A stretch of DNA of 52,526 nt from assembly GCA_937934775.1 (NCBI GenBank), contig CALGYL010000180.1:1-52526 (forward strand). Direction: 5' to 3'. The notes under the pieces are model-generated. The model saw only the letters and a program-made list of their open reading frames with translations. It did not search any database and was not told the origin of the DNA. Source of the DNA: an uncultured Clostridia bacterium (lineage in GTDB: Bacteria > Bacillota > Clostridia > Christensenellales > Aristaeellaceae). The translations under genes and the position numbers were made by a program. This document shows, one piece after another, positions 10,369 through 19,721 of this stretch. Each line of letters starts with the position of its first letter. Positions within the stretch are counted from its first letter, which is position 1.

Positions 10369-12282
10369 ATGAACGAATCGGCCAACTTTTTACGCCAATA
10401 TGATCCGCTTTGCGGCGACGCGGTTATCCCCGCCTCGGTGCTTGCGTGGTATGAGGTGATCTCCTGCCTCAAATACGGCCCAAAGCGGCAGGTGTACCTG
10501 ATGGGTGACAAGGCAAGCGGCGATCGGTTCGTGCTCAAGCTGGCGCCTGCCGATCAGATGGATGTATTTCAGCGCGAGTACGGCACGCTTAGACGGCTGC
10601 ATAGCCGCGCGTTTCCCCACCCGGTCGCCTGCTTTGAATCCGACGGATACGCCTGTCTGATCCGGGAATACATTCCGGGGCGTTCACTGGCAGAGCACGT
10701 GGAGGACGACGGCCCTTTCCCAGAAGCCAAGGCGGTCGAAATCGGGCGGATGGTCTGCGAGATCGTCCTGCAACTGCACCGGGGTACGCCGCCGGTTGTC
10801 CATCGGGACATCAAGCCGCAGAACCTGATCCTTTCGCCCGACGGCGCCGTGCGCCTGGTGGATCTGGACGCTGCCGAGACTCTTTCGGCCGAGAAAACCG
10901 AAGATACCCTGGTCATGGGCACCGCCGCCACCGCCGCGCCGGAGCAGTTCGGCTACCGCCGCTGCGACGAGCGAACGGATGTGTACGCCATCGGCATTCT
11001 GATCCTGTACCTGCTGACCGGCGGGTATCATCGGGACGCGCTCAAGGGGCAGAAGCTGTCGCCTTCTCTCAAGCGCGTCATACGGCGCTTAATCGCCTTT
11101 GATCCGGACCACCGCCCAGCGTCGGCTGAAAAGCTCATGGCGCTTCTGGATGCCTGGAAACGGCGCCGGTTCACGCGAATCCGGGCGCTGGTTTGCGTCG
11201 CGATGGCGCTCGCCGGCGTCCTGATGCTGCTGGGAAGTCATGAAAACCCGGCGCAGTACGTCCCCAGCGCCGGTTCGAGCGCCTTGGGCACGCCCTATGC
11301 GTTTGCGTCGCCGCTGATTGAGCGAGCGGTCCGGCTGCAACTGGGCAGAAGCCAGGGTGTCGTCACCCGGCGGGATCTGAACAGGGTCTCCGCGCTGTAC
11401 CTTTGCGCGGAGACCCCGTACAGGAACTGGAGCGATCTGACTTCCACCGGCTCAGGCATCCAGATTCTGAACGGCGAGGTCCACGGCGAATATGCCCGGA
11501 TCGTAGATCTGTCCGACCTGAACAACATGCCCAATCTGCGCAGACTCGCGCTGAGCCGGCTGAATGCCGGGAATCTCAAGGCGCTTCAGGGGCTGAACCT
11601 GACCTATTTGAGGCTGAGCGGCAACCGGCTGACAGACCTAACGCCAATTTCCGGAATGACGAAGCTTGAGGCACTTGACATCTCCGATAACCCCATCGCC
11701 GACCTGAGCGGGCTGGAAAAACTCCCGCATCTGAGCTACCTGAACATCACCGCCGTCCCGGCGAAAAGCCTCGCCCCCCTCGCCGGAACGAGCGTCAGCG
11801 TGCTGGACATGTTCGATGTGAACGAGGCCACCGACTGCGCGGCGCTCGCCGGAATGGACAATCTGACCCGCTTTGCAGCGCGCAATCTCCCGCGGGCGGG
11901 CGTCAGCGCGCTGTCCGGGGCGACGTCAATCAAGTACGCGGTGCTGCTTTCCTCCGGCGCGGACAGCCTTAAGCCCTTCTCCGGGATGAAAAACCTGCTG
12001 GAACTGACGCTGAGCGGCAGTTCCTTAAAGAGCCTTCAGGGCGTTTCCTCCCTCGCGTTTCTCAGGATGCTGGACGTTTCGGCGTGCTCGCTGACGGACA
12101 TCGGAGAACTGCGCGGCAATAAAAGCATACAAAAACTGAACATCGCCAACAATCCGCTGACCGATCTGACCGTGCTCCGGTCCATGCCAAACCTGAAAGA
12201 AGTGGTCTTATCCAAAGACCAGAGTACGCTTGCGCAATCCCTGGGCGGTTCGATTCAGTTTCCCATCACGTACGCCGATTGA
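10369..12282 (+). CDS. membrane Ser/Thr protein kinase with C-terminal leucine-rich-repeat ectodomain (paralog 2)
   Basis: Same architecture as 8388-10295 and collinear with it by eye over the full length (HRDIKPQNLIL, TAAPEQFGYRRCDERTDVYAIGIL, FASPLIERAVRLQLGR, LRR units). GGAGGG RBS. Confidence 0.85.
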   Translation: MNESANFLRQYDPLCGDAVIPASVLAWYEVISCLKYGPKRQVYLMGDKASGDRFVLKLAPADQMDVFQREYGTLRRLHSRAFPHPVACFESDGYACLIREYIPGRSLAEHVEDDGPFPEAKAVEIGRMVCEIVLQLHRGTPPVVHRDIKPQNLILSPDGAVRLVDLDAAETLSAEKTEDTLVMGTAATAAPEQFGYRRCDERTDVYAIGILILYLLTGGYHRDALKGQKLSPSLKRVIRRLIAFDPDHRPASAEKLMALLDAWKRRRFTRIRALVCVAMALAGVLMLLGSHENPAQYVPSAGSSALGTPYAFASPLIERAVRLQLGRSQGVVTRRDLNRVSALYLCAETPYRNWSDLTSTGSGIQILNGEVHGEYARIVDLSDLNNMPNLRRLALSRLNAGNLKALQGLNLTYLRLSGNRLTDLTPISGMTKLEALDISDNPIADLSGLEKLPHLSYLNITAVPAKSLAPLAGTSVSVLDMFDVNEATDCAALAGMDNLTRFAARNLPRAGVSALSGATSIKYAVLLSSGADSLKPFSGMKNLLELTLSGSSLKSLQGVSSLAFLRMLDVSACSLTDIGELRGNKSIQKLNIANNPLTDLTVLRSMPNLKEVVLSKDQSTLAQSLGGSIQFPITYAD

Positions 12283-12294
12283 CGTGCCCGGGAC

Positions 12295-12330
12295 CTCCGG
12301 GTGAATGCACCGGAGCCCTGCTCCCTTTTT
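12295..12330 (+). terminator. possible terminator after the kinase pair
   Basis: CTCCGGgTG-AATG-CACCGGAG stem with a T5 run 11 nt downstream. The geometry is non-canonical. Confidence 0.3.
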
Positions 12331-12414
12331 CTATTTCAAGCAAAAATTTGAATCGGTCGCCTCGGCGGTGCTTTCTCACGTTTCCTCATACCAATTCCAA
12401 AGGCTGGTTAAGTA

Positions 12415-14718
12415 TCAGTCCTCCTCCAGCGCGCGGTTCATCCGCTCCAGCAGCTCGGACAGCATTTTCTGGGTCAGGCGGCCGCCCGACAGCATGTCCA
12501 GGTGCTGGGAAAAGCCCCAGAACGCCTTGGAGAGCTCCGCCTCCAGCCGCAGAGTCACCTGGTCGCGGGTCAGAAGGCCATGCGCCACGAGAAAATCAAA
12601 GTACGCCCCGGACGAGCGGCGGTCCCGGAAAATGTCCGTATAGTGGCTGTCCGCCGTCAGTTTTTGGACGGGTTCGGGCGTGGGGCGCGGCCGCACCACC
12701 GCCTCCAGCGGCAGGCACCGGGAGGAGCCGCCCGCTTCGAGCGCATAGTCCCCGCCAAAAACGCGCCAGTCGGTCAGCCGGTCGTCCCAGCAGGCAAAGT
12801 CCCGCTCCTCCAGGGCCATTGTCACGATGCGCCGCTCACCCGGCTCCAGGAACACCCTTTCGAAGGCCTTCAGTTCCCGCTCAGGCCGGAACAGCGGGCC
12901 CTTGGGCGGCCGGACGTACAACTGCACAACCTCGCCGCCTGCCCGGTCACCCACGTTGGTCAGCGTGACGCTCACGGTATAGCCGCCGTCCCGCGCCTCC
13001 GCCCGGAGGGAATCGTAACGGAAGCGCGTATAGGACAGGCCATGGCCGAAGGGAAAGAGCGGTTCGATGCGCCGGGCGTCGTACCAGCGGTAGCCGACAA
13101 AGACGCCCTCCCGGTAAACGCCGACATCCTGCTCATGCGGAAAATCCAGGTAAGCCGGACAATCCGAAAGGCGTTTGGGGATTGTGACCGCCAGCTTGCC
13201 GCCGGGATTGGCATCGCCCACAAGGAGATCCGCCATCGCCTGCCCCGCGCCCTCGCCCGCATACCACATGTCCAGTATGGCGTTCGCCCCGTCCGCCCAG
13301 GGCATCTCCACCGCGTCCCCGTTCATCACCACGACCACCGTGTTGGGCTGCACCGCGCACACCGCTTCGATCAGCCGCCGATGGCCGCTCTCCAGCGCCA
13401 TGTCCGGCCGGTCATACTCGTCGCTCTCGACGGGCAGGCGGCTGGCCACCATGAGAACCGCCGTCTCCGCGCGCTCCGCCAGGCGTACGGCCTCGCCAAG
13501 CAGCGCGTCGGTGGTGGAATAATCCGCCCGGTAGCCAGGCGCGTACGCAATGTCCGCCAGCGGCAGCGCGGCCTTGAGCGCCTCGATCGGGCTGTCAACC
13601 TGCCTGGCGTTCACCACCGCGCAGCCTGTGCCTTGGAACACGGGCTTCACCGCCGCCTCGCCCAAGACCGCCAGCTTCAGCTTCCGGTACTTTTCCAGCG
13701 GCAGCGCGCCATCGTTTTTCAGCAGCACGCCGCACGCCGCGGCGGCCTTTCGCGCCAGCAGGTGGTGCGCCTCCCAGTCCACCCGGGGCGCCTCGCCGCT
13801 TTGCGCGTACGCAAACACGGCGCGCAGAATCCGCTCGCAGCGGACATCCAGCTGCGCCTCCGTGAGTCGTCCATCCTCAAGCGCCGCTCGCACCTGCTCC
13901 AGGTACTGGCCGCTCCTGGGCATCTGCAGGTCCAGCCCGGCGGCCGCGGCCGCGGCGGAGTCCTTCACGCCGCCCCAGTCGGAGAGCACCATGCCCTGAA
14001 AGCCCCACTCGTCCCGGAGCACGTTTGTCAGCAGCCACTTGTTCTCGCAGCACGGCCACCCGTTGACGGCGGGATAGCTGCCCATGACCGCCGCGGGCTT
14101 CGCCTTTTTGATCGCGCGCTCAAAGCCCCTGAGATAGATTTCCCGGAGAGCGCGCGCCTCCACCCGCAAATCCAGCGCGGTGCGCCGGGTGTCGGAGTTG
14201 TTGCAGACGAAATGCTTGACCGTGGCGCCCACACCCTCGCCTTGGACGCCCTCCACCATGCCGGCGGCCATATCCCCGGCGAGAACGGGGTCTTCGGAAT
14301 AGTATTCAAAGTTCCGGGCCGTCAGCGGGTGGCGGCGGATGTTCATGCCCGGTCCCAGCAGAAGTCCAATGCCCAGCGCCTTGCACTCCCGCGCCACGGC
14401 AGCCCCCACCGCCCGCGCCAGCGCCGGGTCCCAACTTGAGGCCAGCGCGGCTCCGCTGGGAAAGCAGGTGGCGGGGTAGGTGTTGGCCAGCGCCTCTTCG
14501 GAATCAAAGCCCGATCCGGCGAAGGCATCGTAGAGGCTGCCGCCTTCGGCCGCTTGATCGCTCCCCCGTTGGAAGCGCACGCCGTTGGTGCCGTCGCTCA
14601 TCGTCAGGCTGGGGATGCCGAGCGCCGGGTTATCCTGCGTCTGCCAACTGTTCTTTCCGGTGCAAAGCCGGATCTTCTGTTCGACCGTCATCTTCCGGAT
14701 GATCCCTGCAATGTCCAT
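12415..14718 (-). CDS. bglX: glycoside hydrolase family 3 beta-glucosidase
   Basis: 767-aa ORF with N-terminal EQKIRLCTGKNSWQT…LTMSDGTNGVR and a SDWGG-type motif (VLSDWGGV), both typical of GH3. Confidence 0.9.
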   Translation of the reverse strand: MDIAGIIRKMTVEQKIRLCTGKNSWQTQDNPALGIPSLTMSDGTNGVRFQRGSDQAAEGGSLYDAFAGSGFDSEEALANTYPATCFPSGAALASSWDPALARAVGAAVARECKALGIGLLLGPGMNIRRHPLTARNFEYYSEDPVLAGDMAAGMVEGVQGEGVGATVKHFVCNNSDTRRTALDLRVEARALREIYLRGFERAIKKAKPAAVMGSYPAVNGWPCCENKWLLTNVLRDEWGFQGMVLSDWGGVKDSAAAAAAGLDLQMPRSGQYLEQVRAALEDGRLTEAQLDVRCERILRAVFAYAQSGEAPRVDWEAHHLLARKAAAACGVLLKNDGALPLEKYRKLKLAVLGEAAVKPVFQGTGCAVVNARQVDSPIEALKAALPLADIAYAPGYRADYSTTDALLGEAVRLAERAETAVLMVASRLPVESDEYDRPDMALESGHRRLIEAVCAVQPNTVVVVMNGDAVEMPWADGANAILDMWYAGEGAGQAMADLLVGDANPGGKLAVTIPKRLSDCPAYLDFPHEQDVGVYREGVFVGYRWYDARRIEPLFPFGHGLSYTRFRYDSLRAEARDGGYTVSVTLTNVGDRAGGEVVQLYVRPPKGPLFRPERELKAFERVFLEPGERRIVTMALEERDFACWDDRLTDWRVFGGDYALEAGGSSRCLPLEAVVRPRPTPEPVQKLTADSHYTDIFRDRRSSGAYFDFLVAHGLLTRDQVTLRLEAELSKAFWGFSQHLDMLSGGRLTQKMLSELLERMNRALEED

Positions 14719-14916
14719 TGGATCTGCTCCTTATGTGTGCCGCCGCGCGTATCGGGCCGTCGTTGGCGGGGCGTTGTCGCGTTTCTCAAACCCTGCCCCC
14801 GCTGGGGCAAAGCGCGGCGGGAATATTCGTATTCGGGCTTCGCCGGATGGGAAGAAATGTATAAGAAACGGACGACCGCCGGGGATGAACCGGCGGCCGT
14901 GTCCGAGCTGGAAAAA

Positions 14917-16176
14917 TCAGGCCGACTTGTTCTCGTCCCAGGCCGCCTGCAATTCCTTCAGGAACTCATCCTGATCGATCATGCCGGCGCCGTACTTCTG
15001 GATGGCGGTGCCGAACGCCTCGGCGGCCGCAAAGGTGTAGCGGGAGTTGTAGATGCCCAGCGTCTTGCCGGCGGACAGGTACTCGTAGAGCGACTGCCCC
15101 AGCTGTCCGATGGCCTTGCTGTCCACCGGGACGCTCTTGAAGGCGGGGATGTTGACCATACCGGTGGTCAGGTAGTGTTGACCCTCCGCGTCGGTCACCA
15201 GCCACTTCAGGAAATCCTTGGCGGCGTCCTTGGCCGGAGAGTTCTTGTTCACCGCCCAGTAGTTGGTGACACCCGCGTACAGTACGTCGTTCTTGGCGGC
15301 ATCGGCCGTGATGGGATAGGGCATCAGACCGCAGTTGAGGCTCGGATTGGCGGCGTCCAGCGTCGGCTGATTCCATGTGCCGCCGCCCGCGATCGCGGAA
15401 GTGCCGCTGCCAAAGGCGGAAACCTGCGCGGAGAAGTCGGTGTTCAGCGGACTTTCGCACCCGGCGTAGTCCACCTTGATCATGTCGGCCAGGCCGATGA
15501 ACGCCTTGTTGCCCACGATCGTCTCGGTGCCGTTGTTCAGACCGTCGATGAACGCCGACGGATCATCCTGCTGCGCCAGCGCAGAGCTGAAGAAGAACAT
15601 ACCCGCCTGATACCAGGAGCCATAGGTCTCCACGAACGGGTAGGCGATTCCGGCTGCCTTGAGCTTGTCGGAGGCGGCAGACAATTCTTCCGTCGTGATC
15701 GGAATCTTGTCAATGCCGGCCTTGGCGAACAGGTCCTTGTTGTACATCAGGCCATAGCCCTCGATGCCAACCGGGAAGCCATAGACCTTACCCTCGTAGG
15801 TGATGTTGGGCTTGGCCACATCCACCATGTCGGAGACCCAGGGCTGATCGCTCAAATCCTCCAGGTTCTCCATCCACAACATCATCTGCTCGGTGCCGGT
15901 GATCACAAAGATGTCGGGCTCATCGCCGCCGGCGAAGCGGGTTTTCAGCGTGGTGGCATAATCGTCGCTGCCGGTGGTGTCGATGACCAGTTCCACGCCC
16001 TCATGGCTGGCGTTGTAGGCCGCGGCCATCTGGTTCAGCGCGTCCACGATCTCGATCTTGTTGTTGTACAGGACGACTTTTTGTTTCTCGGTCGTGCTGG
16101 CCATGGAAACACTGCTTGCCGACAGCAGGACCATCGTCATCACAAAGACGACCAGGCTCGCGATTGTCCTTTTCAC
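14917..16176 (-). CDS. sugar ABC transporter substrate-binding protein
   Basis: The ORF is open from 16287, but GTG at 16176 is preceded by GGGAGGGGA and gives a signal peptide, VKRTIASLVVFVMTMVLLSASSVSMA. The body resembles a family-1 SBP. Confidence 0.85.
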   Translation of the reverse strand: MKRTIASLVVFVMTMVLLSASSVSMASTTEKQKVVLYNNKIEIVDALNQMAAAYNASHEGVELVIDTTGSDDYATTLKTRFAGGDEPDIFVITGTEQMMLWMENLEDLSDQPWVSDMVDVAKPNITYEGKVYGFPVGIEGYGLMYNKDLFAKAGIDKIPITTEELSAASDKLKAAGIAYPFVETYGSWYQAGMFFFSSALAQQDDPSAFIDGLNNGTETIVGNKAFIGLADMIKVDYAGCESPLNTDFSAQVSAFGSGTSAIAGGGTWNQPTLDAANPSLNCGLMPYPITADAAKNDVLYAGVTNYWAVNKNSPAKDAAKDFLKWLVTDAEGQHYLTTGMVNIPAFKSVPVDSKAIGQLGQSLYEYLSAGKTLGIYNSRYTFAAAEAFGTAIQKYGAGMIDQDEFLKELQAAWDENKSA

Positions 16177-16259
16177 GTGGAATCCCCTCCCGATTGTCTG
16201 TTGATCTCCCCTATTTGCGAACGGCCGCGGCGCGCTTCGCGGCCTGTTGGCACCGGTTA

Positions 16260-16417
16260 TACCAATGGAAAACATTATCACGTCCAAAGCGGCGAAGATT
16301 TTTCGATGCAGGACAAGGAGCCAAAGCGAGGCATAGCAGCGCTATGTTGAGCGGAAGGCGACACCGCTCTGCGCGAAAAAGACCGCCGCAACGACGCGTT
16401 AATGTTTGGAATTGGTA
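16260..16417 (+). mobile_element. MITE-like palindromic element, copy A (158 bp)
   Basis: Terminal inverted repeats TACCAATGGAAAACATTATCACGTC / GACGCGTTAATGTTTGGAATTGGTA. It is flanked by TTA (16257-16259) and TTA (16418-16420). The core TTTTCGATGCAGGACAAGGAGCC…CTGCGCGAAAAAGACC is shared with copies at 39543, 42043 and 19552. Confidence 0.8.
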
Positions 16418-17251
16418 TTAGCCCTTGACGGCGCCGCTCATGACGCCCGCCACCACATGCCGCTGCAGCAGTAAAAACACGGCCACAATGGGCAAAAGAC
16501 TGATCAGGAGCCCGGGCAGCGCGATGTTCCACTTGGTGGAGTACTGCCCAAACATCTGGTTGATGGCCAGCTGAATCGTCCGAAGCTTTGACGTATTCAA
16601 AAAGATCAGGGCGATTTGAAATTCGTTCCAGACCCAGAACACGTCCGAGATGATCACGGTGATGATCGTCGGCTTCATCACCGGCATGATGATCGAAAAG
16701 AACGTCCTCAGGGCGCCGCAGCCGTCGATCGTGGCCGCCTCGTCCATGTCCAGCGGGATCGCCTTGACGCCGCCGCGCATGATCAGGTAAGCCAGCGGAA
16801 AGCCGATGCCAACATAGCTCAGTATACCCGCCGCATGGGTGCCGATCAGGCCCATTTTCCGGATCACCACCACCATCGGCAGCATGATCGTGGCGAAGGG
16901 CACGAGCGCCGTGCCGGTGATGAGCTTTTCCAGCGCGGTGAACGCGCCATAGTGGTGCCGCGTGATCCAGTAGCTGCTCATCGCGGTCAAGAGCACCAAC
17001 AGCCCCACCGAGACGACGGTGATCACGCCGGTGTTGAAAAAGGCGCTCGGGAAGTTCAGCGCTTCCCATGCGCTGATATAGTTCTCCCAATGCAGGCTTA
17101 CCGGCATCGCCAGCGGATCCAGAAGGATCTGGTCCAGGGGCTTGAAGGAGTTGATTAGCGCGATGGCGAACGGCGCAAGGAACAATACGATCAACAGCGC
17201 CATAATGAGATAGATTAGCGCCTTCACAGCCAGGCTCATTCTTCCCGGCAT
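16418..17251 (-). CDS. carbohydrate ABC transporter permease (MalG-type)
   Basis: 277-aa multi-TM ORF ending in …GAVKG, the same C-terminal motif as the permease at 44014-44871. Confidence 0.9.
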   Translation of the reverse strand: MPGRMSLAVKALIYLIMALLIVLFLAPFAIALINSFKPLDQILLDPLAMPVSLHWENYISAWEALNFPSAFFNTGVITVVSVGLLVLLTAMSSYWITRHHYGAFTALEKLITGTALVPFATIMLPMVVVIRKMGLIGTHAAGILSYVGIGFPLAYLIMRGGVKAIPLDMDEAATIDGCGALRTFFSIIMPVMKPTIITVIISDVFWVWNEFQIALIFLNTSKLRTIQLAINQMFGQYSTKWNIALPGLLISLLPIVAVFLLLQRHVVAGVMSGAVKG

Positions 17252-17254
17252 CGT

Positions 17255-18121
17255 TCAGCCCTCCCTGCGGCTCGTGACGAAGCTCTGAGCCGATGTGATG
17301 GCGAACAGGATCACGAAGAACACCAGCGCTTCCGCGGTGGCGTAGCCGTAGCGGTTGTTGGAAAACGCGTCCTGATAGATCAACTGGGAGATTGAGGTGG
17401 TGGTGCCGAACGGACCGCCGCTGGTCAGGGAGACGTTGAGATCGAACATTTTGAAGGTCAGGGAGACCGTCCAGAACAGACATGTAGAAATGTAGGGCAT
17501 ACAATGGGGCAGTTTGATCTTAAAAAACGAGCGCCAGTAGCCCGCTCCGTCGATGGCGGCGGCCTCCATCAGATCCTGCGGGACGCCCGAGAGCGCCGCG
17601 ATCATCACGATCATCACAAAGCCGACGCTCTGCCAGCAGGTGACGATCACAAGCCCCCAGAAGGCGGTTGCCTCCGTGCCAAGCCACTGCTGCTGCAGAA
17701 AGGGTATGCCCAGCGCCGAACCGATCGCCGGAAAGCCCTGAATAAATACGAACTGCCAGATAAAACCCACCACGATGCCGCCCATCGTGTTGGGCAGGTA
17801 GTAGCCCGCCCGGAAGACGTTGCTGCCCCTGAGCCCGCGGGTGAGCATCTCCGCGATCAAGGTGCCCATTACGTTCACCAACACCACCGCCACCAGCGAG
17901 ATGCGGGCGGTGAACCACAGGGCGCCGTAGAATCTGCCCTTGGCAAGTAGATCGGTAAAATTGGAAAACCCCACGAAAGCCATTTGGGAGGACACGCCGT
18001 TCCACTTGGTCAGCGACAGGTAGAAGCCAATGGCGAACGGAATCACGACCATGATCAGAAGGACCAGAATCGTAGGCAGGAGAAACATCGCGCTGTCCAG
18101 CAGAAACCTGCGTCTATTCAC
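17255..18121 (-). CDS. carbohydrate ABC transporter permease (MalF-type)
   Basis: 288-aa multi-TM ORF immediately upstream of the MalG-type permease. Confidence 0.9.
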   Translation of the reverse strand: MNRRRFLLDSAMFLLPTILVLLIMVVIPFAIGFYLSLTKWNGVSSQMAFVGFSNFTDLLAKGRFYGALWFTARISLVAVVLVNVMGTLIAEMLTRGLRGSNVFRAGYYLPNTMGGIVVGFIWQFVFIQGFPAIGSALGIPFLQQQWLGTEATAFWGLVIVTCWQSVGFVMIVMIAALSGVPQDLMEAAAIDGAGYWRSFFKIKLPHCMPYISTCLFWTVSLTFKMFDLNVSLTSGGPFGTTTSISQLIYQDAFSNNRYGYATAEALVFFVILFAITSAQSFVTSRREG

Positions 18122-18219
18122 CCCGCTCTCCCCCCTCCGCTGTCCCCATTATACGATAACCCCGACCGGAGGTCTTTACAGAAACGAGGTACATTATATC
18201 AAAAAAGTGTCATTTGGAC

Positions 18220-18247
18220 TTGACAGGGATGTCAAACGTCATATAAT
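18220..18247 (+). promoter_or_regulatory. near-consensus sigma-A promoter of the AraC-family regulator gene
   Basis: TTGACA (18220-18225), 16 nt, TATAAT (18242-18247). GAGGGG (18255-18260) and ATG 18267 follow. Confidence 0.55.
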
Positions 18248-18266
18248 GGCCCATGAGGGGATGCGC

Positions 18267-19256
18267 ATGCCGAATTTCCATGAAATCATCCAGGTACCCG
18301 ATAACGCCCTCGCATGGGTGTATCTGTTCTCAGAGAACAACATTACCGAGGTCAGCCAGCACTGGCATGACAGCTTTGAATTGACGCTAATCGTCAAGGG
18401 CGCCGCCCCATACGCCATCAACGGCCGCCACATCCTGGCGGAGGCGGGGGACCTGCTGTTCATCAATGCGGGCGATATGCATAGCTGCAGCATCGAACCC
18501 GGCAATTGTGAGGCGGTCAACATCATGTTCCCCCGGCGTTTCCTCGCTCAGTTCGGCAAATCTGACGATATGATTCTGTTCCAACTGGATAAAAAGTGCA
18601 CAGCGTACCCAGAGCTTGTGCGCAGTTGTGAGAATTTGTACCACATTTTTGCCATTCGAAGGGAAGATCCTTACGCACAGCTGCACATCAACAGCATTGT
18701 TTACGATATCGCCTATCTGCTTTTTTCAAAATTCCGCTGGAACGAGTTCTCGCCCCAGTCGATCGAATCCATCAAGTACCGCCGCCGCTGCCGGGAGATC
18801 ATCGAATACCTGGACGATCACTACCAGGAAGACATCGCGCTGCGTAACATGGCCGACGCACTGGGGCTTTCCCGGGAGCATCTGGCCCGCATCTTCCGGG
18901 AATACATGGGCACGAGCTTCAAAAAATACGTCACCCGGCTCCGCATGTATCATGCCTACACGCTGCTGACCGGGAGCGATCTGCCGGTGATCGAGATCGC
19001 CATGCGCTGCGGCTTCTCAGACTGCCGCGCCTTCATCTCCAGCTTCCGGAGCATTTATGGCACGACGCCCGGAAAGTACCGGCGCACATTCTATCAGAAC
19101 GTTCAGAGCGATTTCAAGGAAGCCGTGCGCAGCGACGCGTTCTCCCGGCTGAAGGATAATAGCCTGCACAGCGTGGGCAGTCTTCCCGCGGGTGACCTGT
19201 GCGGCGCGTTCAAAGACCTACTGATACCGGCGGAAGTAGAAAAGCCTGTCCGCTGA
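18267..19256 (+). CDS. AraC-family transcriptional regulator (cupin sensor domain plus C-terminal HTH)
   Basis: C-terminal AraC HTH (…LSREHLARIFREYMGTSFKKYVTRLRMYHAYTLL…FSDCRAFISSFRSIYGTTPGKYR). The track ORF starts at 18030, inside the divergent permease gene. The promoter position supports ATG 18267 (alternative 18246). Confidence 0.85.
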   Translation: MPNFHEIIQVPDNALAWVYLFSENNITEVSQHWHDSFELTLIVKGAAPYAINGRHILAEAGDLLFINAGDMHSCSIEPGNCEAVNIMFPRRFLAQFGKSDDMILFQLDKKCTAYPELVRSCENLYHIFAIRREDPYAQLHINSIVYDIAYLLFSKFRWNEFSPQSIESIKYRRRCREIIEYLDDHYQEDIALRNMADALGLSREHLARIFREYMGTSFKKYVTRLRMYHAYTLLTGSDLPVIEIAMRCGFSDCRAFISSFRSIYGTTPGKYRRTFYQNVQSDFKEAVRSDAFSRLKDNSLHSVGSLPAGDLCGAFKDLLIPAEVEKPVR

Positions 19257-19275
19257 TTGCCGCAGAGAAAGGAAA

Positions 19276-19303
19276 ACCTGAAGGCGCGTCAGCGCCTTCA
19301 GGT
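19276..19303 (+). terminator. 12-bp perfect hairpin after the AraC gene
   Basis: ACCTGAAGGCGC-GTCA-GCGCCTTCAGGT, 20 nt after the stop, with no U-tract. The GAAGGCGCGTCAG core recurs at 19512-19530, so it may be a repeat unit rather than a dedicated terminator. Confidence 0.4.
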
Positions 19304-19337
19304 ACAGACGATCAACAAAGCCTCGTACTGTTTCATT

Positions 19338-19366
19338 CGCTTCCGGCGGCCTGCGCGCCGGAAGCG
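19338..19366. repeat. REP-like GC hairpin, copy 2 of 3
   Basis: CGCTTCCGGCG-GCCTGCG-CGCCGGAAGCG with the shared left flank …CTCGTaCTGtTTCATT…. Confidence 0.7.
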
Positions 19367-19551
19367 TGTCTCTACCGGAAGTAGCGCATACTGATGGTGG
19401 AAACAAACCAATAATTCAGTGCACCGCCCAAAAATCCGGCAAGATTTCAGGCGCACGCAGATGCTTCCTTTCGCATCAAAAATCTGCAGGACTTTTTGAT
19501 GCTCAGGGCCCGAAGGCGCGTCAGTGCCTTTGGGCATGTACTCGTTCCTCA

Positions 19552-19721
19552 TACCAGGAAAAACAATCCCTGTTCCAAAGAACCGAGGGTTTTTTGATGC
19601 GGAGCAAGGCGCCGGAGCGCGGCGATCCCGCAGGATGCTCCTCTGGCGCAAAACTCGAAGAGCGGCATCGTCCTGCGCGATAAGACCTGGCGCAGCGGCG
19701 CGCGAATGCCTCAAACTCGAA
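19552..19721 (+). mobile_element. MITE-like element, degenerate copy D (170 bp)
   Basis: Left end TACCAGGAAAAACAAT. The core GGGTTTTTTGATGCGGAGCAAGGCGCCGGAGCGCGGCGATCC…CTGCGCGATAAGACC aligns with copy C. It is flanked by TCA (19549-19551) and TCA (19722-19724). The right terminus is decayed. Confidence 0.55.
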
